Source: Balanoglossus misakiensis (taxonomy: Eukaryota; Animalia; Hemichordata). From it: a stretch of 64,000 nt of DNA. The notes under the pieces were generated by a model. The model searched no databases, had not been told where the DNA came from, and was given only the letters and a program-made list of their open reading frames with translations. The translations under genes and the position numbers were made by a program. The DNA is taken from assembly GCA_040954595.2 (NCBI GenBank), contig CM082594.2:2188247-2252246 (forward strand), read 5' to 3'. Below, one piece after another: positions 23,950 through 36,700 of the stretch. Within the stretch, counting starts at the first letter, position 1, and the number at the start of each line of letters is the position of its first letter.

Positions 23950-26939
23950 TGGAAGGAGGTTTATCAATGGTTACATCGAGTTGAGTTATCTGTATCCTAC
24001 GGAAGCCATGCACGTTGTTCATCCAAAAATTCTTTGGAATACATTGAATAGTGGTCTCAATCCACTCTCATCTGCATTTTCAGGTATGTAACTATAGAAA
24101 CAGACATTTCTGACTTTCACTTTTTATCACTGGTTGGTTTATACTAGCCTATCCATGCTTTGTCATTTGAGGTTTGAGTGTTACCGTTTTGTTGTTCATT
24201 TTCTAGCATATGTGTCATTGTGATGATTTACACATATAAAGGAGTTATCAGAGAAATTGTAACGAATTTGTCTGAATGTGACACGGTTGGTCATACTTAT
24301 AAATTTTGGTTCATTTTGGTTCAAGTTAAAATATTCATTCCTGTTGTGCTTACCAAAATATGCTTGGTCATTGTGCCAATTTCTGGACAAACCAAATCAT
24401 CACCAATTTTATCATACTGGAAATTCAAAATGGCAGCCATAAACTGTATAAGCACCAATTTGAATCATTATTTTTTAGAAACAAGATGCACTGGGCCTCA
24501 TGTTTTGTTTATGAATAACAAAGAAATGGTTACATACAAGCTTAATATAATTATAAAACCTGGAAAGATTGTAGGAATTTCATTTTTTCAATGTCCACTC
24601 ATGTCTGTATTTTGACATCTGTTAAATATCCATGCATTTCCAAGTGATGTTGCCAATCTTTACATTAGTTAATGAAATGATCTACCCAGAATTCAACTCA
24701 TCTACTTGTCATTACTACTTCGACAGCAAACACTGTGACTCTCTCAACTGGCATTCAATATCCAAGGAGAAATGTTTCATTGGAAAACAGAATGTTGAGG
24801 ACAGCCAGAGAGAGACTTTGTCCCTTTAAAATTGCTATGAAATGCAATTCTTTATTATAAAATATCATAATGTACACAGGACTTTTTCAGACCAAATGTT
24901 TGAAAGTATAAATCAGACAGATTCTGAGATTAATATTTAAAGTTACATTGACAAATCTCAAGATATTTTACATAATTATGCAATCGTTAGAGAAAATTAT
25001 GTTTTCCAATAAAATGTAAACAACTTCTTGGCCTACTTCAGTAATTGCCATCAAACTCCGTCTCCTAACAGCATAACTATCCTTGTACAAAGTTTATACA
25101 CAAAATGGCTCTGGACTTGAAAAATAATGACAAAATGGCTGACCCGTGGCCGGACTAATTTGGAACATAGCACAACTGTATATCTGTACACAGTCCACTG
25201 TCCTTGAAACAAGTTTGAATGTACAATGTACATGTACTTGGTTCAGTCACATCTGCATGGGCCTTGACAGCATACATACATGCACCCATCTATCTACATA
25301 AACCTACCTAACCTACCTATGTACATATGACAGATGCCAACTGATCCCGTAAGCTCCCACTGCTATGGGAAATGGGGGTTAAACTGAAATGTGTGCTTGA
25401 GCCATACTGTGTATCTATGCATACATCCTCCCGCCATGAGTCAGACATGCTTTATCCAATCCACTTCAAATTGCCACTTGTTATACTGCTTAAAGTGACA
25501 AAGTCTCTCTCTTGCTGCCCTTTTACCATCAATTATGTTTGATACAAGACACCGTTTATGTTATTTTACTTGTGGATATATAATGGATGAACGTTCGACC
25601 ACACACAACTTTTGTCCTGTGTGTAGGATATGAGAGTAAAGTTCTCGCCAAAATGAATAAATGGTAGAGACCGATTATTCATTTCGGCAAGTTTTTCCAC
25701 TCTCGTGTCTACATATGGGATGGAAGTTGTGTGTGGTCCAACGTTGATTCACTATATATCCACAACTATTGCAGCTTTTCACAGAAGTTCAACAAATGAA
25801 CTTGTACCTGTATATGATTAATCTCCCTTTCACCCCCCCCCCCCCCTTCTCTGCAGTTTTAGGGAAATTAAAAAAAATCACTAAAAATAGAAAATTCCAG
25901 ATATCAAAAACAAAATAAACAATAGAGACCCTTCAAAGGTATTTATCAATTATTTTCAAAGCTATATGATAGTTTTTGAGTTTTTACCATTTTCACATCT
26001 CACTTGCATACTTTTGGCAGTGGCAACTTCATTTGTAGACACTTTGATTAATTTTTAATAGAGATACATATGAAAACATGTCTGTTTAATCTGTGTGTTA
26101 AAAACTGATTGAAGTCACTTAAAATCCCCCCCCCCCCTACATTTTTTTAAACTAATGCAACAATCTGAAATGTTCCCTTTTAAGGAATGACATAAGAATT
26201 TGATAGTATTCAAAAAATTCTGCCTGACATTCAGATTATTCCACCATATATCAACAACAGGGGAGAAAACAGAGTTACATTGTTCCTTACAGTTCCCAGT
26301 TAATTATCAGATTTATCAAACAGGAAATTTAATTACTTGATAAAAACTAACCAAGTGTAAAATAGAACTTACTTGTCAATAGTTTATTCAACAAATGTTC
26401 AGAAAAATAGAATTTTGAAAGGGACAATTTTTCTTCACTCCCACAGTAAAGAGAGGCAATACCAAAGTTATGTAGTATTGAACCACAGAATAATCTGCAG
26501 TATATGAACTATATGACTGTTCAATTTCCACAATTCATTTCCAAAATGAGCTCACATTCAATTTTTACAACCAACCAACAGATTGAAAATCCATTTCAGT
26601 TCCATTTGTGATCCTGAAGATCCAGTGTTAGCATCGAATTGCACGATATTTGAATTTTTGATCGAGTTATCTGACCCACACAAAATCGGCTAAACACATG
26701 CACATATGCCATCATATTCACAAAGCCTAACACAGAACCCATGACAGTGGCCAACTTCATTTGGTAAAGGCTAATAAGTGTCCTAAATATTGCAAAATTC
26801 TGTATTCATAAAATCTACACACATATAAACGGTTCTAGGAAATTTTCACATAATTCATAAAATCTACACACATATAAACGGTTCTAGGAAATTTTCACAT
26901 AATTACATTATTTTACTGTAAGCTACTTTTTGGCTACTA

Positions 26940-27589
26940 CTGTAAACCTGGAAATGTTGGCGAACGATAAATTTTTACGAGCTTCGAGAGCAAGAAAAAA
27001 TGCAAAAAAGAAATATTTTCAAACCATGTCATGAATAAAAAGCATTCAACTTTGATAATACGCTTTTACTTATGCAAAGGTTAGGCCTGTATGCATATGG
27101 TCATCATTTTATGCAAAACCAATCCTTTCCGCACTTAAGTCAACAAAGACAACATGATAAAAAATCTGGCTACTTAATTTTGTTGGCACTGGTAATTAAT
27201 GTTCACAATATCAGGGTATTTGTAATAGTAACATGAATTTCATAATTATTCAGGGAAAAACATTTTGGAGAAAAAAAAATGAAATTAATCACAATCACAC
27301 GTACACTGACAGAGTGCTTATTTGGACTTCAGGTGCTGTAAATAACACTTGAATTTGCAACATGTTATGATTTCAAGCTGTCAGTATTAACTCTGTTGCA
27401 AGTTTGGTTGAAGGAACAAAGGACGAAACATAATTTCGCTGATAAAAAAGTGCTAATAATGGATGTCAATAATCGGAGAAAAACGAAACAGTTGGTGAAA
27501 TAAGAGAACACAAAATTTCATCGTCATGAAATTGTCACCTCTTTTGATATCGCGAAAATTTCTCGTCCCAAAAATTTCCAGGTCTACAG
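26940..27589. mobile_element. TA-target MITE (Tc1/mariner-like)
   Basis: TA|ctgtaaacctggaaat ... atttccaggtctacag|TA imperfect TIRs. Confidence 0.6.
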
Positions 27590-27721
27590 TATTTCAAGAA
27601 TGCAAATAGATAATAAGCATAGAGGTACTACATCTGGGTATATGTTCAGGATGTTTTGAACAAGTAACAAATGTTATTGTTTGCAATATGTCCACCAATC
27701 ACTACAGCAGAATATGCCATT

Positions 27722-29600
27722 TTACTTTGGGTCATCAGTTGATAGAGGTAAAGTTTTCTCCATATGAACAAGGTTACTGAGTTGTGTCTGCAAGTTGTAT
27801 TCATTCAACTTGATAATTACTTTATAGAACAAGTGATCTGAAATCAAAGCAGACAAAAAATTTACTTACTTACTTGAGGAACAACTAAGAATATTCACAT
27901 TTAATTTCAAAGCAATCCCACAATCAGTTTTAGAGAAAACAATATTTGTTCGCAAGTGACAAAACACAAATATGCAAATATTACCAGAATTTTACGATAT
28001 CTTACTTCAATCATAAGGAATATGCCTGTTAAACTTCAAAGCAATCTGACAAGCGGTTTCATAAAAAAAAAAAAACAATTTTTGGCAAAAAATTGCCCAA
28101 AGAACACAAATATAGAAATTTCACCAATTTAAGTTTTACAACAGCTTACTTTGGTTATCCCTGGGAACATGGCTACCAACAAACGGTTTCAAGAACATGA
28201 GTTTTGACCGAAAATTGCCCCAAATTAGAAATATGCAAATTATGCACAAATTGATAAAAATCAAGGACACGGTGGTCCCATTTAGCGATCACACAAGAAA
28301 AAAGTCTACACCGGTATACAGACAGACACACACACACACACACATAGCAAGAGATCAATGGGCAAACACTGACTGACCCATAAGCTGCCAATGGCACGTG
28401 TTCTGTACATACACCAAATAGAACAGCTGGTTTCTTTAACAGCTAGCCACTTACTTGGGGTACCCCAAGAAACATGCCTACCAAATTTCAATGCAATCTG
28501 ACAAGCGGTTTTAGAGAGAAAAAAATTGATCATAAAAGGCAAAAAATGTTTCAAAATTATAAATATGCAAATTTTGCAACAATTTGAACAAAACTATGGA
28601 AACTCAGACCACCTATAGGAAGCTTCATATTAAATTTCAAGGAAATCTGCCTATATCGATGAAGATTGTTTAACAATAATGTGAAAAAAGGCAAAACAAA
28701 TCATAAAAAATTGAAAATTCATTATTTCAGCTCAAAACATACAGGTCTGCATGAGGTTGACATAAGGTACATGCATGCCAATGTTCAAATCAATCTGACC
28801 AGGGGATGATGAGTTCCAGAGTTTTGACCAATTTTACATTTAGCCAGTTAATTCGCATATTTTTGGTGATAGGACAATGCTGGGAAAGTATATAATGTGC
28901 TGACAGATATGAAACGAGATTGTTGTGGACAGCACTTACCATACAAATGTCCTATTGGTAAAATTTCCAACATGTCTGAGTGATCCTCACTTTGTTGCAA
29001 ACTTCTAAGATCTTCAGCAACTGACCAAAGATACTGGCAGACAAAATAAGATAAATTACCATGTAATCATTGAAAGTGATAATTTTGAGAATGAGCAATT
29101 GCCAGGATGTCTTAAAACATACATTTTGATTATGAATAGTTAAAATGATAAGACAAGAGTCACCATGATAACAATATTCTCCAGAAACTTAGTGCATACT
29201 ATTCAAGAACACAATCAAGTGTGTATTGACGTATGGGACCAGATGGTTTCTCTGAGCAGGGTGTGTGTTTGTGTGAAAATATAGAGAACAGTAGAATGTT
29301 GTGTGCACTTAAAACACTGTACGTAGCAGGGCTGTACAGAACACCCATTCTGTGCATCAACAGTTTCAAGGTTCCCAAAAACCATGTATAGGAATGCACT
29401 TTCACAGTAGACGGTTTCAAGACCCCCCCCCCTCCAATGTAAATAAATAAAGAAAGATGTCTGCTCACTCCGTACTGTGTTTCAGCTGAGCAGCTATGAT
29501 CGATCATACTGGCGTTCTGCAAAGTATATACTTGGGCATTAGTGCCACCCATTGCCTTCCACAACACATTGGCAATATGCGGCGCTATAAATGTCCCTGT
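27722..29600 (-). CDS. Last three exons of an unrecognised gene (~29600-29469, 29033-28940, 27837-27722)
   Basis: gga|gtgagc donor (phase 0) to tgccag| acceptor; 94-nt exon YLWSVAEDLRSLQQSEDHSDMLEILPIGHLY; g|gtaagt to atttcag|; then DHLFYKVIIKLNEYNLQTQLSNLVHMEKTLPLSTDDPK*. Phases are mutually compatible. The 5' boundary is uncertain. Confidence 0.45.
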
Positions 29601-29666
29601 GCATACTCTGCGGTATTTTCGTATTAACCTCATATTATCATACACCCAGTATATTTAGTAAGTTAA

Positions 29667-29830
29667 AGGGACAAAGTCTCTCTCTCGCTGCCCGTTTCCC
29701 ATTTATTATGGAAATTGTATGTGGTCGAACATTGGTTCACTTCATATACACATGTACATTAACATAAATGGTGTTCTGTATCAAACAAAATTAATGGGAA
29801 AAAGGGCAGCGAGAGAGAGACTTTGTCACT
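29667..29830. mobile_element. Internally deleted Kolobok-like MITE family A
   Basis: TTAA|agggacaaagtctctctctcgctgccc ... gggcagcgagagagagactttgtcact|TTAA. Confidence 0.75.
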
Positions 29831-29900
29831 TTAAAGGAACAAAGTTGCTCTTTTGACCATTTTCGTTATATCGAATAACTACAACTCCGGCCCATCCTAC

Positions 29901-32795
29901 TTACATATAATCCCATGATATCTTTCTTTGTTTGACGTCATCGTATACGAGTGGTTTTCGCGGAGCAGTGCAACTTCGAGCCGCAGGCGAGAAGTTGTAC
30001 GCTTCCGCGAAAACCACAAGTAACAAAGAAAAAAGTCATGGGATTATATATTTATCACATGAACAGTCTTCTTATTTTTCGTTAGAAGAGGCAGGAATAA
30101 TTAAAGCTGCAAGCAGCATTGAAGGGGCCCAAGCATAGAGTTAATAACCATAAGACTCCATTCAGGGTTGTACCATTCAATTGCGTAGGCTGTATTTGCT
30201 CTGGATGTAGAGATATGGGGAAGTAGGCAACCACCCGAAATGGATGTCTTACAAGTACAAACACAACAACCAAAGGTGAACTTCTACGTTGTAAGTACTT
30301 CAGTAAGTATACTTTAAAGGTCAGCTGAGGGTATCCAAAAATTAGGATTCTTATTTGGTTCATATTCAAGACAACGGAAAATCCTCGCTGTTTGGGTTTG
30401 TCAAATTAGATATGGCCATAATAATGAGTTACGCGAGTAAGTTACAGGTGGCCCCAGGAATTTAGCATTTCATGACGCAGAGGGTCCTACCCTACCCCTC
30501 CAAACACCTGGCTATATATGATGTGCGTGCTAACATATGGAAAGCAGGTCAATGGACACCTGAGGTCACCCAAAAATTTGACAAAAAATGTTCATTCCTG
30601 TTTATGTCATGTGCAACAAATCCTACATTTGCAGCCCTTTCACTTTGCTTACCATTAGGTATGCACGTAATACATGAATCAAGCAGGTGTCGCAGGTATC
30701 CCCCTGTATTTGACATTTCATGATAGTTTCATCCCTCCAAATACCAAAGCTGCACCTGTACAACGGGCTGAGATATGGCACTGTACGACAGAGGTCATCC
30801 AAATCAACTTAGACATTTGGGCAAAAACAAACTGACACTTACATTCGTCCCTGTGGAACAAAAACTACACCTATTGCCCTGTTGGTTAGTGTCCAATTAA
30901 ATGTACAAAATCAATGACTTAGGCAGGTGCAACAGGGGACCCCGCCTTTGGTATATCATTATGGTCCCATCCGTATATGCCCCCCCCCCCCCTCCACCCC
31001 CCAACGCCAAAGCTGCATGCATCTGCTGTGGATGCTCACTAAGCAAAAGTAGGTGAAATGTCACATAAGGTCGCCCATAACTTGACAGGAAAATCGGACT
31101 TCAAATCGATCCATGTGCAACAAATACCATGCTAGCATCCCTTTCATTGACTCCACAATTACGCATGCTCATAATTGAGTTACGCAGATGTCACAGGTGA
31201 CCCCCGAATCGGGCGTATTATTTGGTCCCATACAGCTGCATGAAGCTGCGTGCCATTACGGGCGACCTGATAACCCACACGGCCACCTGCGGGCCAACCC
31301 CCATACTGAACGTCCAGTTGCAACGTCACGACTAAAGTAGGAACTTTTGAACGGCAACGAAGCCTGATCTCTGATTATTGCTGGTACCATACTCCCTTCG
31401 TGCAAGAAAATCATTGGTCTGCTGATGTATTTCGGCCACATTAGCGACTGAGGGTCAAAGTCCGCCGCCGCATTACATTGAATGTTAACCAGTGTAGCCG
31501 GGTCTGGATAGAAAGATTTGAACGGCAACAGCTAACAAACTCAGCATAATTCAATAAAACGCCCTAACACAGCCTGAACTCAGATAATGTGTTGTCCCAA
31601 AATTCATTCTGTGGAAAATAATCACTGGACAGTTTACGTATTTCAGCCGATTTTCCAAGGACTACTGCAACCCGCCAGAAGTGAGTAGCGTGCTAATGGG
31701 ATCTCCACAACATTACGTAATGACGGTCAAAGTCCGATGCCCCAGTGTCCGTCCTCAGCCCACCAAAAAATGCGAAAAATATTACAAAAATCTTCTTCTC
31801 AAAATCGACGTGGCCTAGGACCTTGAAATTTGGCACAGGGGATTTTGGCCACATGGTCTACAAAAATCGCGAAAAGAATGTACATGCCCCCATTAACGTG
31901 CAAATTAGGTCAATTTGAAAATTACGCTCGATTATAGCCACCAAGTCACGTGACTAATTACAAATTCAAAGGGCAGGTGCACCAGTACTCATGGACCCCA
32001 ATCACCGTGCCAAATTTCAAGGTCCTAGGCCACGTCGATTTTGAGAAAAACGAGAGCAAAAAAACGACTCAAGAAGAAAGAAGAAAAACTCCAGCAATAA
32101 CAGAAGGGGACAAAGCGCCTGAGGGCGCTTGGTCCCCTAAAAAAATTCAGTATCTTGCAACAATTTTGGAGCGGCGTCGTATTTTACTGAGCGGGATTAT
32201 TTCCCCCAGGAGATATATGTTGGGGATTTGCATATACGCAAATGATGAACTATCGCTGATCATTCATAAAATCTCCCAACAAGTCGTCCCGTTGAGTTCC
32301 GTTCGCTCGAAGTTCGGCCTTACACAAATGTAATCGATTCTCTAACAATTTTACTGCGACCTCTTACCACGTCTTATACATTTCGTTGACAGGTGGAATA
32401 TAGAGGTTCAGTCATCACGCTGAACTGGCTCGAAACAATTCCCCACACTGATTCGACTCGGAACGTACCAGACTTGCGCCTAGACTAGGCTATGTGTACC
32501 TGACCCAAAACTTTGACAGCCACGATTGTCCATGATCGTTGCGTCGACTGTCTTTTTTCCAAATTCCACCTTTCTGTTTTGAGCTTACAAAGCGATATTG
32601 TCATGGAACCGTCATTTTTTTATTTCATTTCTGTATTTTAAATGCCGCTACACATACTGTTTCTGTTTGACAACAAAGCTACGGCGAAACATGGAAATAG
32701 TTCCGGTTGATGACGTAGAACAGGGGTGATCTGGATTTTTGATCTGTCCTGGTCTACGTCACACAGGTGGTGATCTGGGCCAGTTCATGTGATAA
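29901..32795 (+). mobile_element. Composite palindromic MITE-like element (~900 bp), copy 1, split by a Helentron-type insertion
   Basis: ~150-bp palindrome (29901-30050) plus a unit bounded by ttatcacatgaac...gttcatgtgataa (30052-32795). Reverse complement of 40513-41413. Confidence 0.75.
30100..32140 (-). mobile_element. Non-autonomous Helentron/Helitron2-type element (HINE-like), single copy
   Basis: Minus-strand 5' hairpin ttaggggaccaagcgcc-ctca-ggcgctttgtcccct and 3' end gcttgggcccc-ttcaat-gctgcttgcagc-tttaatt. The empty site in the paralogous element at ~41195-41215 shows insertion into a T-run with no evident TSD. Confidence 0.8.
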
Positions 32796-33078
32796 ACAAA
32801 ATTAATTGCCCTCTCTCCAGACCATCCCTGAAATAGAGGCTGTACCCAAAACAAAACAAGCTGAAAATTAGTTTTACAGCACTTCTTATTTGAGCTTGGA
32901 TATTTACTGTTCAGCGAACATGGATATTTGGTATTACACGTATAAGTTTTTGTTTGACACATTCCTGGTTTACATTTCACCACAAAGAAATACCCGACCG
33001 AAATGCAACATTTTCATTTTTGTCTTTCTCAAAGGATATTGCACAGTGCTGTTGCATTACACATTTCGACCACTTTAA

Positions 33079-33417
33079 CCCTAACAGTGCCAAGTTTGTA
33101 GGAAACGTAGTCATTTTCCTACCCCCCAGATTGCCGGGCATACTTGACCGTGGAGAGAATGAATTGGTGTGTAATGTCAAATATTTGTACAGCTGAGTAC
33201 ATACTAAACCGCCTCTGCTACTTGCTAGGTAATTTGATCAGGCCAAGATGATCATAAACAGTGGATACAGCTTAATTGAGGCAAACGACCCAGTCTAAAT
33301 ACACACATGGCAGCTAATCAAAGAAACCAACACTGTCAGTATACGTACTCCAGTGTTAATAGGTATCTTTATGGGACTTGAGACTCTAACGGGTTATGAC
33401 ACCCGGTAGCAATAGGG
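33079..33417. mobile_element. Possible piggyBac-like MITE remnant
   Basis: TTAA|cccta ... taggg|TTAA; TIR only weakly conserved beyond 5 bp. Confidence 0.35.
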
Positions 33418-33472
33418 TTAAACCCCGGTGCGGAAAGTACCGGGGTTCGGATTAACGTGTGTTTGTATAGTT

Positions 33473-33733
33473 AGGGCCCAAGCGCTTGCTTGCGCTTGGG
33501 CCCTATTGGTTTCGTTGGGGTTTTTTACGGGCCCAAGCCAAGCCAGGCTTGGGCCCGTATTGGTTTCGTTGGAATTTTTTAGGGCCCAAGCGCATACCAG
33601 CGCTTGGGCCCTATTGGTTTCGTTGGGGTTTTTTAGGGCCCAAGCCAAGCCAGGCTTGGGCCCTATTGGTTTCGTTGGTATTTAGGGCACAAGCCAAGCA
33701 GGCTTGTGCCCTATTGGTATTACTGGGGTTTTT
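33473..33733 (+). repeat. Stack of five ~50-54-bp Helentron 5'-terminal hairpin units
   Basis: Units at 33473, 33527, 33581, 33635, 33684: agggcccaagc(gc/c)-loop-gcttgggccct-attggtttcgttgg-Tn. Confidence 0.9.
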
Positions 33734-33739
33734 CATCTT

Positions 33740-36700
33740 TTTTTTTTTTTTTTTTTTTTTTTCTTGTGTAGTTTTTTTGCTCAGGTAGATCTTGAAAACG
33801 GCTGAACCTACAAATCTCAAACTTGGCACAATGGTGCAGGTCTATGAGAGCTCGTGCAGTACCCTCGTGAATGTGTAATTAGTCACATGACCTGATGACC
33901 ATATATGGGCAAAGTTTTCAAATGGGCCTAATTTGCATATGAATGACGATATCAAAATTCTGTGCAATCATTTTGCGGACCATATGGTCAGTGTCCTACA
34001 TGCTAAATTTCAAGGCTCTGGGCCAAGTCAATTTTGAGAAGAAGATTTTTAAATATTATATTTCATATTTTTTGGACCCAGCCATAGGCCTATACTTTCT
34101 ATAGTTAAGCTATGATGCTATGTCCACATCTGTGCAATGGTCCTGTACTGTGACTCTCTATTGGCCCGTGAGCGAAATGGGACCAAAATAAAAGGCAAAA
34201 TTTTGGGCTCACCTGTAACACCTGCTTAACTCATTAATTATGTGCATACCTAATTCTGGGCTAACTAATAGGGCTAGAGGTTTTGTGCTTGTGGGACATG
34301 GACCAGTATAGGGTAAAAAAAAATTGCCCAAATTTTGGGTGACCTCAGGTGACCTTTGACTTACTTTCCTATATCTCGGCATCCAGAGCAGGTACAGACT
34401 TGGCGTTTGGAGGGTTGGGACTAAAATTTAAAAGCCAAAATAGAGGGTCACCTGTGACACCTGCTTATCTCATTAATTATGTGCATACCTAATTCCAGGC
34501 CAACCAATAGGACTAGAGGTTTGATTTTTGCTGAACATGAACCAGTATGGGGTCAAAATTTCTTGCCCAAATTTTGGGTGACCTCAGGTGACCTTTGACC
34601 TACTTTACCATATCTCGGCATGCACAGCAGCTACAGCCTTGGCATTTGGAGGGATGGAACTCCTGATGGAGCCTTACACTTTACATCATTAATTATGCAC
34701 ATACATAATTGTAGGCGAACCAATAGGGCTAGAGATTTTGTTCTTGTGGGACACGGACCAGTATGGGGTCAAAATTTCTTGCCCAAATTTTGGGTGACCA
34801 CTTATGACCTTTGACCTTCGGCTTAAGCTTGGGCCCGTCATCGCTGCTTGCAGCTATATTTTTCAGTCTTTCTTTCTTTCTTTCTTTCTTTATTCTTATG
34901 TCAATTCTTTGTCGCTCTAGATCTCAGACACCACTGCAGGTACAGTTTTCAAACTTGCTACAGTGGTCAAGGTCAATGAGTAGTCGTGCATTGAACCCAT
35001 GAATGTTTAATTAGTCACGTGACCTGGCGGCCATATTGGATTTTCTGAAAAAATGCAAATCTCAGATCTCAGAAACTACAAGTCAGATCGACTTCAAATT
35101 TGGCGTGCAGGTAGACTACCTTCTGTCAATCATTTTTGTAATTGGAAATTATGCTGACAAAGTTGCAGTTTTTTTGCTACAATTTTTTTTCTGAAATCTG
35201 GCTTACATTTCAAAAATCTTCTTCTCCAGAACCGGTGATAACCGAGACACGGGGTTTGGGGTATGTGGTCACCTAACTGATGTCTATCAAGTTTGCGAAG
35301 ATCATTATGATTGGTCGAAGATTACGGCGGCCATATTGGATTTTCGAAAAACCCTAGTAAAATTTCAAAAGTCTTCTTCTCAAGAACCGGCGATAACCGA
35401 GTCACAAGATTTGGTGTGTGTGGTCATTAAACAGATGTCTAACAAGTTTGCGAGGGGGATTGTGATTGGTCGAAGATTATGGCGGCCATATTGGATTTTG
35501 TGAAAAACGATTAAAAAGTAAAAATTCCTTTTCTAGCCTAAAAATTGATAGCATAGAAATTCTTTTTATGGATATGAATCATCATATGCCAAGAATAAGC
35601 TATAAATATTTTGGTAATTTTGGCAATGACCTTTGACCTACTTTTGACGCATCATTTTTCTGCATATCTAATTCCAGGCTAACCAATAGGGCTATAAGTT
35701 TGGTTTTTGATGTATGTGGATTTGTATGTGATCAAAAAATGTTGCTACTTTTCATGACCCCTTTGACCTCTGCTGACCTCATTAAATATGCACATACCTA
35801 ATTACAGGTGAACCAATAGACCTAGAGGTTTTGTTTTTGTTATACATGGACCAGTATGGGGTAAAACTATTTTGCCCAAATGTTGGGTGACCTCGGGTGA
35901 CCTTTGACCTACTTGTGCATATCTTGACATCCACAGCAGATACAGCCTTGGCGTTTGGAGGTATGGGGCCATAATGAAAAGCCAAAGTTTTGGGTCACCT
36001 GTGACACCTGCTTAACTCATTATTTATGTGTATACCTAATTCTGGGCTAACCAAAAGGGCTAGAGATCTGTTTTTTGTTGGACATGGACCACTATGGGTC
36101 ACAATTTTCTGCCCAAATTGTGGGTGACCTCTGGGTGACCTTTGACCTACTTAACACTATATCAACACCAAGCATAGATATAACCTTGATATTTCATGGG
36201 ATAAAACACAGCATTATGTTTCTACTCATTAATTATGTGCATATCTAATAATCTGATCAGATAATAGAGCTTGGGCCCGGACAATGCTGCTTGCAGCTTT
36301 AATCTTTCTTTCTTTCTTTCTTTCTTTCTTTATTCTTCTGTCAATTCTTTGTCGCTCTAGATCTCAGACACCGCTGCAGGTACACTTCTGAAACTTGCTA
36401 CAGTGGTCAAGGTCAATGAGTAGTCGTGCATTGAACCCTTGAATTTTTAATTAGTCACGTGACCTGGCGGCCATATTGGATTTTCTGAAAAAATGCAAAT
36501 CTCAGATCTCAGAAACTACAAGTCAGATCGACTTCAAATTTGGTGTGCAGGTAGTGTACCTTCTACCCATCATTTTTGTAATTGGATATTTTGCTGTAAA
36601 TGTTGCAGTTTTTTTGCTACAATTTTTTTTCTGAAATCTGGCTTAAATTTCAAAAATCTTCTTCTCCAGAACCGGTGATAACTGAGTCACGCGGTTTGGG

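Noticed and set aside
23950-24085. Possible plus-strand exon ending cag|gtatgt
   Set aside because: No acceptor (it abuts a MITE end), no partner exons and no recognisable motif.
26803-26902. ~49-bp two-copy tandem duplication
   Set aside because: Real but ordinary slippage-type duplication with no further structure.
33420-33470. Hairpin aaccccggt...accggggtt as a canonical Helitron 3' end
   Set aside because: No CTRR terminus at the expected spacing and no matching 5' TC end identified.
33473-33733. CRISPR-like appearance of palindromic ~54-bp repeats
   Set aside because: No unique spacers, no cas genes, eukaryotic context; the units match the transposon termini at 61567 and 32140.
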